This document shows, one piece after another, positions 22,625 through 34,308 of a stretch of 40,336 nucleotides of DNA. Numbering within the stretch: position 1 is the first letter of the stretch; every line of letters begins with the position of its first letter. A model generated the notes under the pieces. It had not been told where the DNA came from and did no database searches. It saw only the letters and a list, made by a program, of their open reading frames with translations. A program made the position numbers and the translations under genes. The DNA is from Catajapyx aquilonaris (Eukaryota): the NCBI GenBank assembly GCA_000934665.2, contig JYFJ02003559.1, positions 1 to 40,336 of the forward strand. Direction: 5' to 3'.

Positions 22625-25600
22625 TCAGTTAGAGGCAGTTGAATATTTTTTGGTCTGGGGATGAGGTACGGAGAATCGAGATGGCGCCTTTGTGCCACCA
22701 CTTTTCTTTCTCTTGTAATCATTGTCTTCTCTGGTGGTACTGGTGGCGTCGTCCTCTTCATCACTCTCCTCGACATCTTCTTCCTCCACAGTAGAGTCGC
22801 GGTGATCATATTTCATTTCCTTCGCCCTCTTTGCGTCTTCATATTTCATCTTAATATTAGCCACTCTGAAAAGAACCTTAAGAGGTTATATCTCCTTGTG
22901 TAAGAGTGTTAGTCCACGACAGTTACCTCCATCGGTAGCAAGCATCCCTCAAGCTGTTGAGCATCAACTGGAAGTTGTGCTGCAGCTGCTTGGGTGCAGG
23001 CGTATAGCTGGATGCAGCCTCGAGGTCCGTGTCTGACTGAGTTTGAGGCATGGGAGGAGCCCCATATCTTTGGCCAACTTTCAGTCGCATGCCCCTTTGG
23101 AAGGCCTCTATCTGCAAAACGACGTTGTCCAGGCGGAGTATCCTGACCGAAATGTAATGGTTCAACTTCAGACACAATGGCTGCAAAGGAGGTGCGTGGA
23201 CGTGCGGGGAAGTTTGGGTCCACTTCCACTTGGTGGTCAGGCCATGGATTGCATCCAGTCGTACACCCTCCCATGGTGTGTATGTCACCCTATACACATG
23301 GCATTAATTACTGCGCAACAATGATCACCTTGGCTACTCACCTGATGTGTCCTTCGTCGTCATAGATGACCCCGTTTCCGTCGTTGGTAAAGATAGCCAG
23401 GACTACCTTCTGCTCCGGTGAATCGCCTGCTTTCAACACGGTGAATTGAAAACCTTCGTATGAAACGGATTGGGTTAGTCGATGTCACATTCCTGGTTCC
23501 AACCTTAAGTGTACCGTACAATACCTTTGTGAAAGGCTGATATAATAACTGCAGGTGAGCCATCTGGATAAAGTACTTCTCCTGTTCCGTTTGAGAAAAA
23601 GGTACTGAAGATCTTATTATCAGGGTAGAAACGATGTCGTATGCCTTCGGCCTTCGAAGGAGCCCTGGACAAGATACGACATAACCAACAACGTGCAGGA
23701 AATGCAACAACAAACTCTTACCATTCAGGTTGCTCTTGAACCAGAAAAGTGGGTTCCTCCTGAGTCTTCAAAAGACCATCCGGGTCAAATGGAAAGTACA
23801 CGGGCTTGTGGCCTGTTTGCAGGTGGTCGGGGATAATGGTATTTCCGGCGAAGGAACCTGCCTTCTTGGGCCCTCCGACTGTAAGTATGGCTGGTTTGAC
23901 CGGCTCTATGGATATTTCCGACATGGCATCGCTCCTCCGCCTGATGCTACCGTCCTGGGCGGTGTAAGTTTCAGAATGCCTCGGTACCGACGGCAGCACC
24001 GTCCAACCCATATTGGCGTATATGCGCTGAGACAGCAGATAGGACAGGGTACCCGGAGTGTCAGCTAAATAGAGAAAGGCATGTTCAAGTGGTACTTACT
24101 GAGACAAGAAATTGACTATTAAATGTGTCATATTCTTACGTTGTCTGCCTCCATTTCTCTTCTATTCGTGTGCAAAGAAAATAGAGAAAAAAATTATTCA
24201 AACTGTCAGACAATAACATACAGTATTATCCTAGCAATAGATCAGCTTATTTATCAACATGCATTCGATTCCATCCCTTGCTGTACTGTGCTGACACATC
24301 AGTTCCAATGCAGCAAGAATGTCTACAGTGCGACAACCACACCGGAGCATTCGCGTTTAGAACAATGAAGATAAGAACCTGCTGCAGTCGAGCAGAATCG
24401 GCTTCGCTGACGATTGCTGACACGTCCACTGATTTTTTGCGACCTTTTGCGCCGGGTACGATAGAAAAGTTGTCCGCCCCGGCCATCAACTCTTTGATTT
24501 TGTCTCATCAACGAGTCACTCCCCTCGGCAGGTTTTTTTCCTTTTATAGTACTAGTTTTGCCTCTTCGATTCATGTTGACAACTAAGCCGACACAACAAT
24601 CAAATTGTTTTCATATAGTTACACTTGGAAACCGACTCACCAATGATGTCACAGACTGTTTTGCCTTCTTTGTGTATTCTATTTCCCACAAAAGGGCGGC
24701 TTGCTTGCAGCAATCAGGCTGAAGCAAAACAAAGACAATTGAATGCATCTGAGCCTTTAAAATAAAATAATTAAATACGGTGTCATCAGTACCTTTCTGT
24801 TCAGATCGTATAATTTACTGCAGAAGGTGCATCTTGCTTTGCCTGCAGGGATCACGTCTCCAAGTTTTCTGCCTCCCTTACTTTTTTTGTTCTTGGGAGG
24901 ATGGAGTTTTTTGATGAACAGTTCTGATGGAAGTGCCTGAAGTGACTTGACCGCGGTGGTTAGAAGCCCAAGACGTGTGAATCTCTCTTCAGGTGTTTCC
25001 GAGGCTGCCGGAGGTTTACTCGTTTCTCGAATGTATCGAAGAAGTTTAGGCATGTCTGCATCAGGCGGTAGCATAGCCGGGGCTCCTTTATTGAAATGTC
25101 CAGCCTTTTCCCAATCTTTGGGGTTACTTATCTGAATTCAAAATCACTCATTAATACTGCCGTGGACTGATGGGTATTTACAGAGTGATGATGGCAACTT
25201 ACATGATAAGTGTCCATCTTATTTAAAAGTACTTCCATACTCTCGGTTTGTTCTTTTAGTGCCTTCTTCACTTTACGACCGGCCTTGGATACGTGGCTAA
25301 TATCCTTTATTCTTCCTACCAAATCGTCAGGGACAGTAGACTTTCTGTGCTTCTTTTCATCTCTTTCTACTATCAAGTCATGAGAACGCCTTTTTTTGGT
25401 TTTAAAGCTGTCAAAATATATAATAAATTTAGCTTAAATTATGAAGCGCGATGGTGCTGTCAGGCGAACTTATGCCTTGAGGCTGAATCATAATTATTTA
25501 ACAATATTATCTGGAAAATTATGTAATACCTGGGTCTCCTGCCTACTTTCTTTCTGGATCGGTCAGAATCGAGGGAATCTTTACGACTGTCGTCGTCATA

Positions 25601-27257
25601 AGTGTCTCTTCGCCTGTTCCCTTTAGGTTTTCGACGCCTGTCATCGTCGTCAGAGTCTCTTCCTCTGTCCCCTTTAGGTTTTCGGCGACTGTCATCGTCG
25701 TCAGAGTCTCTTCCTCTGTCCCCTTTAGGTTTTCGACGCCTGTCATCGTCGTCAGAGTCTCTTCGCCTGCCCTCTTTGGATCGTTGGTAATCCTTTTTCT
25801 CGTCTCGTCTTTGGGTCTGTCTAGAGCTTGGTTTAGAGGAATCTTCATCCCTCGAGTCGGATCTGGCTCTCCGTTTTGATTGAGGACGGAATTCTTTCTC
25901 AGCGTCACTTCCATATGATCTCCTCCTGTGTTTCTTCCGAGCCAGTGAGTCATCGTCACTGTAGCTGTCACGAGATTTTAGGTCCGCATGTTTCTTCCTA
26001 TCGCGATCTTTCTTTCTTACATATATCTCGTTGAGTGTACCGGAGTCGTCTTCTCGAGACCTCTTTCTATCTCGTGCTTTTTTACCACCCTTTTTGTCTT
26101 CACGTCGGCTCTCCTCATCATCCATCATACGAAGAACTTCTTCGCTGACAGACCTAGGAAGTCTCCCGGGAGATTTCTTCATTTTGCGCTTACTTCGTTG
26201 GCCATCTTCATCAATAATTTCGCTAGGCGTCAATGATCCTATTGATGTCCTTCTTCCTTTTCCCTTTACACGCCTACTCCCTTCGTCGCTTTCCTCCTCG
26301 AAGCTTAATCTCCTATCAGACCCCTTTGATCTTGACCCCTTTCTAAGGATAGACTTTCTTGAGGGGAGTTCTCTTCGTGACAAGAGGAACCCTTTCTGCT
26401 GAGCGATAAATTCGGCAAAGAGCTGTTGCTGTGCATTCAGACGGTGCAACCACCCCCATCCGCCCTGTACACCTTTACTCCTCTTGGTTTCGTCCCATGG
26501 AAAAGCTTCATCGACGACATATGACTCGTCTTCTTCTTCTCGCTCCTCCATGGCCAAACGAAGCAGTTCGTGCAAGCTCAAAGGCTGGGCGGGGTCTCCC
26601 CACGCAGCACCCGACTGAAAATCACAACGAAAATGTCAAACCATTTTTCTTGGGCAAGTAATAATGTCGCGTACCTTCTTCTGTATGACAAGAGTCTCCA
26701 GAAATGCGCTCATTACTGGAGTTGGAGGAGGGGCGTAGTCGGGATGAATGTAGACTGGCTCTGACGGCTTCTTCGCCGATGGCATCCGTGGCTCTGTCTG
26801 TGACTCTGATAGGTGCATTCTCTTCTTATTAATGGAATCTTGGAGGGATTCCCATGATGACGCTAATGTTGGCGATGGTACAATTTCAGAGTGGCTTCGG
26901 TGCAGTTAAGTGCCGCAAAAGTCTTCTAGGTTTATTATATTTTCTGAATCTACTCGATGAGCTGAATCGAATGACACTATGTACAGAGCGCGGAAAGTTT
27001 ATTTTCATTTATTCATTGTTATAACTTGCAATTTCAAAATTCAATTACTCTTGCACCAAGCATTTCCCCACTCTAGGAATAGTGTCATTCGACTCAGCTC
27101 ATCGAGTAGATTCAGAAAATATATAGAAACCTGCAAGAATTTTGCAGCACTAAACTGCACCCTTACCTTCAGAGTTTTCTTCCGAGTACTCTAGCACTAC
27201 TTCCAGGTCATTGGAGGAAGCGGTCTGGGTACTTGTAGGGCTCTCCTCTTCGTCCAT
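22625..27257 (-). CDS. ERICH6/FAM194-like protein. Exons 27257-27167, 26838-26675, 26614-25530, 25407-25203, 25131-24793, 24718-24641, (~24490-24379, 5' edge uncertain), 24161-24140, 24064-23722, 23664-23525, 23453-23342, 23289-22927, 22865-22625
   Basis: The spliced C-terminal half reads CTFC...PDCC, TLSYLLSQ...GWT, FYPDNKIFSTFFSNGTGEVLYPDGSPAVII...VLAIFTNDGNGVIYDDEGHIR...KWKW...HAPPLQPLCLKLNHYISVRILRLDNVVL...RLKVG, which follows the FAM194 domain motif order of ERICH6. The N-terminus is long and charged. GT-AG introns have consistent phases except around 24380-24640. AATAAA at 22502-22497. Confidence 0.82.
25585..25770 (-). repeat. Coding tandem repeat, 51 nt (17 aa RDSDDDDRRRKPKGDRG), about 3.7 copies
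   Basis: Near-identical units tgtcatcgtcgtcagagtctcttcctctgtcccctttaggttttcg on the + strand. Confidence 0.92.
26899..27161. mobile_element. MITE (about 263 bp, TIRs about 80 bp) in intron 1 of the ERICH6-like gene; possibly PIF/Harbinger-like
   Basis: ggtgcagttaagtgccgcaaaa...ttttctgaatctactcgatgagctgaatcgaatgacactat (26899-26980) is the inverted match of atagtgtcattcgactcagctcatcgagtagattcagaaaa...gcactaaactgcacc (27079-27161). The right flank is TTA; the left flank is degenerate. Confidence 0.8.
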
Positions 27258-27982
27258 GGCTGGGAGTGAAATAAAGGAAATTAATTCGCGTTACCAAAAA
27301 GCCAGAATTATGAAATTCACCTGCAATCTCGATGATCCAAGAGGAGTAAAAAAGGTCAAGATTTCATATACCAGTATCCCTCATTGTAGCGTCCATTGCC
27401 TGACAACGACATATTATAACAATTTAAAAGGCGAAGGGCATACACTTTGCAGTGCATGTGACGTGCAAGACACTCCACTGTCTTTTACTTTTATTTAAAC
27501 AATATTCTAATTCCTCTTTTTATAGTCTCTAAATTTAATATACGTTCCTTAAAACTGACATTCAACTTGGCACCTTGAACTGCAGCTTTTCATCACACGA
27601 TTTTTTAGATTATATTCCTATTGTTAAAACAAATAATCCTTATGGATGTTTGGATGGATTGATGGACCGCCAAGTCAGAGAAACTCTTGCATAACTGTCA
27701 CTGAGATTTATTTCACAATTTTATACAAGTACATTGCATGTGGTTGTGTTCTTATGGCTCCTCCTCCTCCTCTCGCTCTCTTTTTCCATCATGATAAAAT
27801 ATACAATTTAAAAGGTGCAGTACATAATGTAGTTTGACTACTGATAAAGGAGAGATTAGGTATTATCACTCCTAGTATATCTGACAATTGCACAAATTAA
27901 AAAGAGAGGAGAGTGATGAGCCTATATGAGCAAATTGGTCAACTGGGGCATACGGCACATTCATCTCATGAATACAGGTAGC

Positions 27983-29919
27983 TCATTCGAAACATCTGTC
28001 CTGATTTGTGGTGCGGAGGTGATTTACGTCCAGTCCCAAAATTTCCAAGTCATCATGGGCTCTTGAGAGGATCGCCTTATCCGGCTTCTTTTCTCTTGTA
28101 AGGACCCACAAGTACTCTGAAAAGTCACGATCATTAGTTTGTATCAAAATGCTGCTTCATTGCCTCATTGTGAAATAAGTGACAATAGTGTTAATGATGG
28201 TAATTCCTTACGTAGCGTGAAAAAGCTGAAGTCTTGGCAAGACCAAAGGATGGCATATCGGGTGTAATCAGTCTCCAACACCCACTGAGTACCTTCCAGA
28301 ACAACTGCCGAAGTAAAAATAATACAGTCAATTGAGTTACAGTTTAACGCTTTCCCATTCTTGAATGAAACCATGTAATCAACCTCCTCAAGCGAATTCT
28401 CTCACAGTTGAGAGTTATCTCATTGCCAAACAGTATAACATAATGGAGAGAGTTTTTTTGTTGTTTAAATTCCTCTACTGTTTAAAAGTTTAAGAGCGAA
28501 TACAATTTCTTGATGTTGCTAATGTTCCAGAGCACGATAATAACAATGTCATTATTAAAACTCGACTCACATGGATTATTTTGGTATTTAACTTTAAATT
28601 TTCCTTCTGTGGATGACGGATTTACTTGTGTTGCTTCGGCTGTCGACACCTTCGATGTAGTAAAACCTCTGAAATATTGGCGAAAGCAGATGATTAGTCT
28701 CAGAACGTCATTATAACCACAACATTTTAGCAATGTGCCACATTTTCAGATGCATTTTAAAACTACCCACATTCAGGTCAAAAATGTCATGCACACGGGG
28801 CAGGTTTGAGGAATGCTAAAGACTAGCTTGTGCTTTCTGCTACAACCGGTACAGAAATATAGGTTGGATTAGCATCAACTTTTATTGTTCCAGTTCCACC
28901 ATTTGCCGCATTTTGCTGGCAGGTGACCTCGACCTGTAACGCTGCCAAATTCCATTTGCAACATACTGTACCGTCTGCTACTAGTGTTTTTTTTTACTGT
29001 TGTTCGTTTGTATTTTCATACTTAAGGCGGTGTCGGAATGGTGATAGTGAACCAGAACAGCATTTTCCAGGCGCAGTGATTCAGGTTTCAGTTTCAAGGC
29101 AAGAAAAAATTGCTACCAAACATTTTCGCAATGTGTGGATGATTGTGCCGACTTTGCCATGTGTGAAAGAAAACACTTCAACCCTATACCCTCTTCTCGC
29201 TTCTTCGCCCCCCTGTAACACATCTTCCATCATCATAATTATTAAGCAGAAATAATTCACATATGCTTGTGCAACGTTTGGATATTTTTTGACTTACTTG
29301 AAAACCCATCAAATTATACCTTTTTTTAACTGTAGATTTATTCTTTCTCACTCTCTTCGGATCCTTGCATTCAAAAGGTTAGGCCAGGGTAAGGAGGAAG
29401 GGAGTTGTGGTGAAAGAAAATGCCCAAGAGTCACTTGCGCCACTGCAGATAAAAAAGATTGTATCCGAGTCCGCACAAAATGACATTTTGATAATACCCT
29501 TTGACTTTAAATTACATGCTTACTGGCATTCATGTGATAAATAGTACTTATATTATTTCATAACTCATTGTCAGTTTGGTACACTTACGAGCTTGACGCG
29601 ACGGAATTGTGTACTTCCATTTTGCCGTTTCCTTTGTCTGTAAAAGTGATACTTGGACACCTGCCTCCGTACAGGTCTTCGAACAGTGAGAAGTATTTCT
29701 CGGCTGCGAACCACTTTCCTGCGAACTGCTCGCAAGACAAAATTTCCTCAGTAAATTTATACCTCAAAATAAATGCTGAATGGTGGAAACACCTACCCTT
29801 TCTGGTTTGAACCTCCTTGCTACGGGGTAATCGGGACATGGGCCGAAAAAGAAGACTTGAGCAGTGGCCGCACCGGTAACACACATCACCACCAGAAATC
29901 TCATCGTTGTCTCGTGCAT
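27983..29919 (-). CDS. Apolipoprotein D-like lipocalin, about 194 aa; exons 29919-29797, 29725-29589, 28668-28571, 28304-28212, 28116-27983
   Basis: Signal peptide MRFLVVMCVTGAATA, then QVFFFGPCP, lipocalin motifs FAGKWF, WVLETDYTRYAILWSC and YLWVLTR, and terminal TNQDRC. Four cysteines fall in the ApoD pattern. All four GT-AG introns are in phase (585 nt). An alternative ATG lies at 29904. Confidence 0.93.
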
Positions 29920-32900
29920 GGTTCACTTCCCTGTCAACAAAAAAATTGATTTCACTTTTCAATAAATCACACTGACAGTAATTCACATCACTGGCTGCTC
30001 CTAGTCACCTGCAAAATATTACTATTATAAATGAACAACGACGAGGCTTATGTAAGCTTAGAGTATTGTCTTCGTAGTGTAATTATGAGCTCAATAGGCA
30101 TTGATTGTTCCACAAACTGCGAGTCAAAAGGCCCATATAAGAGGCAGAGAAAGTAAGGCGCCAACCGTTGGAAAGGAGCCTATTTGAAACTGGGACCATC
30201 CCCAGAAAAGTGACGCAATGTTATTAAATTAAAAGGAAGAATGAGAGAAAGTGGCTCACAGGAAAGAGATGCCACCATTTTGGTAACCCTAGTCCACCGG
30301 GCAATATGTTAGAATTATTAGAATTTTTTGAGAGGACAAAAAGTGAACTTGAATTTGGGTCACTACGTAACCGGATCAAAAAAAAGGGAAAATTGCTCCA
30401 TACCTGAAAGGTCTCGTGAAATGTGTTACATGCCATGTTTTTGATTCATGGCACCAACGGACAACGCGTGCTGAGAACTATTTTCAAATAGCAGTTGTAC
30501 CAGTTTGCAAGTAATTTGTTAGTCTCTTTGCAATTGCCGATTACTTCTTAGTTACATGCGATCTAGATCAAGTCACATTATTACAGAACTAATGCGGTTT
30601 GACTCGAACAGGTGACTTGTGCAGGCTGTTGAACCGACCAATTACAACATCCAATTGCCGCAATTTTCGCAAGGACCCAAGGGAGACTCTAGTCTTCCAT
30701 TCCCACCACTTTGAAACAATGAATTGCACAGTGTATCAAGCGACTGTTGCGTAAAAAGAGAGCCCTTTCAATGGTGATGCACCCTTATTCGACCGGTATG
30801 TTCTGCAAGTGATGGCTTCAGGACACTTTTAGCACCTTTCGTGATGTATTGTTACATAAGACGTGGTAATGGCCCACAGGACTTGGGCGTGTTTGCAAAA
30901 CGGGTTTTATTAAGCGGAAAAGCGGCCAATAGAGGGTGCAAAAATTCGTGACAAGGTCGTGCATGCGTTTGTAAAGTGTACTCCAAAATGATGGGATGAA
31001 AAAAAAACAATAGAAAAAAAACAGAAAAAAAATTGTGCCTTCAGGCTTAGCGATTGAGTAAATCAAAATTGCTTCCTGAATGCCCATTGCGTGTTTTGGA
31101 CATTCTTCATCTTGACGGTGACTTGCTACATGTCTCCCCTTAGCTTTTGATCATTACGTCTTTCTCCTCGAGTAGTTAGTGGTGAAATTCAGCCTGCCGG
31201 TAGTCATCAAGTGACATTTGGATGTCTCAACACTGATTCAAAATGCGGACACTGAGGGAAAAAAAGTGGCTAATGAGGCTATTTTTTCCTGAGATGCACG
31301 CACGTGGATTTTCCGCGTTGTATATACTAATGATGGAAAAGACCACAATCACAGTATTTTTTCCTGCCAAGGTTGTGCACGAAAGTTAAGGCGGTTATAA
31401 CCTATTTATGTCATGTCTTTATAGTGTTATTACATTTCTTTTTTTAAAGAGAGACTTTTCTAAAATTGCTGCAATCTACGACGCATTTCAGTCATCTACT
31501 TGTAAGCTCATGAATATAATCCTGCAAATATCAGGATGAGGACATGATCTACTACGCTGTGAGATGAATTTATGATGAACGGAATCCCTGAACCTATTGC
31601 AAACAATTAGTAGAAAAAATTGTTTTCCGTATCTAAACTAGTTTGTTATTTTCACTTGTACGGCAAGGGACGTATTTGCAACAATAAACCTGCTCTGAAG
31701 GCAAACTAGATTTTTGAACTCAACTTTGAGTAAAAGCGGTTATTTGTAAATATGCAAGTTAACCTTGGGATAGGCAAATTAGTACCATCATTATAAACTG
31801 TATCGTTTTTTCACTGATAATAATTTATGTGACTGTATCGAGTATCGCAAACATATTGAGTGAATTCAAAAGTAAATGTGGTAAATCTGCTAAAGTTATC
31901 ATAGCAATAGATCAACTTGCCTATATCCTGAGAACACATTAACCTGAATATAGGTAGTCTACTTAGAAACTAAGTTGCCCGACATGTACTCGAGAATTTC
32001 CTACACCTACAACTTATATCAACACTTTTTTTATTCGTGAAATCAACTAAATCAGCACAAAACAGCACTCTCACCAGGGCAGTGGGTGAAATTATCAGCT
32101 CAATACTACCGGGTAGCATAAAAAGTAGCAAAACAACTGAAACCCGCCGCAGTAAATAAGAAATACCGACTTACCACCCAGCATCCAACTGACACAACCC
32201 CAGAAAAGAAAATGCAAAAAGGCCTTCACCGGCAACTTAAAATTCCATCACACACAACAATGGTCATAATGAACCATTCAATATTCAACAACCTCAGTCC
32301 TTTGTCATTGACAATCAATGCCAAAGGAGGGTTACCTGCCAATATCACCAGAGCCTCGAAATGCACAAACCGTCCTCAAGCTGTACAAGATTCGCACTGT
32401 CAAAAGCGTGGACCGAGACCAAGGTGTCAAAAGTCCATCAACCAAGGCCAAGTCCTTCTGCAGGTTTTCTCAATTGTCCCCCTCCTCACTACCACCAACC
32501 ACACTACCACAACAGCAGCTATTCTTCACTTTTTTGCACCACCTAACTCCTCCCCATTGTGCATGAGTGACGGGGGTTCAAGGATAACAGCCACCTAGAC
32601 CAGTGACGTGTGCACACTCGGTCATAGAACACTGCAACTACTGCCTTACCTACGGCCTGTAACTGAAAGGCAAAGAAAAATCTTCTAAAAAGACTCGGAG
32701 GTTGTGGAGGTGGGGGTGGTTGGGCGTAACATTTTACGTAATAGAGGACTCGCTGGAGTGTGGTGTTGACCAGTCGTAGACCAGGAGGAACCTACCACTT
32801 CCCTCACGAACAGAGCAGATTGCCCACTTTCGCCACGGTGTTGCCAATTTAACACTCTCCTTTTCTGCAGAAATGTACATAAAGGATCTCACCATCAGTA

Positions 32901-34308
32901 TTGTACATTGGGCATCAACGGTAACCTAGGGTATGAGATGGGTTTAGCATGGAGCATGCCAGTAAGGTCTGGAAGGCCGAAGGAGGACCATTGAGGATTG
33001 GATACATGGAAACATGGGAAATGAAACTGAATTGCCGGTACCGGTAGTGGATTTGGTCGCATATCTTCCGCTTTGGCTTGTTATACATGCAAGTAACATA
33101 CATTTAGGAGGAGAGAAAAAACTTGTATACTTTCCCTGCTCAACTGGTCATCTGGAACAGCATAATCGAGGGAAATTATTCGTCATCTCTAATCAGGAAT
33201 AATTATTGTTGGCCTATTTGATATCACGAGCAATCCTATTGTGCATAAAGATCGTTGTGGATTCGGTTGCAAACAGATCATTATATCACGGGCAGTAGTC
33301 TCATATTACTTAAGTATTTGAAATCATCCGAGTGTAACGGCCTCATTTTCGTTACACCAATTTGCATTACTTTAAAAACAAGTGTAACAACATTAGCTCA
33401 TTCTTATTAATATTGTTATTCTCACGGTTTTCTAGGTGTCACACTTATGAGGCCAATTAAGCACTCTATGGACCTGTAGTGCTTTCAAATCTCAATTATT
33501 GACAAATAACTCGATAGTGTTTTTTTGACACATATTTTTCTTGGCATGTGTCACATATCAGTTCGCTTGCATGACCACTTCTTTTGTCAAATATTCCAAC
33601 CGTACGGGTTGGCATACAATATATTTCTTAATAATTTGTGCCGAGAAGGAATGAGTCCAGTCCTAGTATACGTACTGTACGAAAATCGAAATCTCAACAG
33701 CAATTATCCAGTCCCGTCACAGAAACAACGTCGTACAGTACCTGTAGTGATATAACACTGTAGTTCCAAAAGAGAAATTTGACTCTTTTTTTGCACAACA
33801 CCCCATGAAACTGGTTATGAAAAACAACCTGACATCTGATTTGCATTCGTCGTAATCTTGAATGTCAGCTTACTTAGCAAGTAAGGTAATGTATGCTCGG
33901 TTCGATTTCAGGCAGAAAAAAACACATCTCAAAATGCCGATACGCTTGTGAATCCGGTTAATATGTTGTTATGTCAGCCACACCCAAGTCAATTAGCGCT
34001 ATAGGTGTCGAATTATATAATGCCAGTTTACTTAGGAATTAACACAGTAAAGGAAGTTTACGAGTAGGGTTGTAATCCTACTGCGCGATGCAAGGTTGAA
34101 TCATGCACTTGCTGAAATAGTTATCCATTACCCCTTCGTGCTGAGTAGCCCGTTTTCCTTCTAGAATTACGATCAACAAGATTTCCTTGGCGTATGATAC
34201 ACACAAAAACGCGGTAGTCTTATCTATCAATCGCACATTATAAATACATAGCCTCATCCCTATAATGTGTAGCTGTACAAAGTTCAAACCATTCACCATG
34301 GTAGGTTT

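Noticed and set aside
24085..24110. Overlapping acceptor/donor-like ctcAGTAAGT (minus strand) as a recursive splice site
   Set aside because: It is not an AG|GT junction and lies in a 75-nt intron that is too short to subdivide.
25585..25770. Regularly spaced repeats as a CRISPR-like array
   Set aside because: Head-to-tail in-frame coding repeat with no unique spacers, in a eukaryotic gene.
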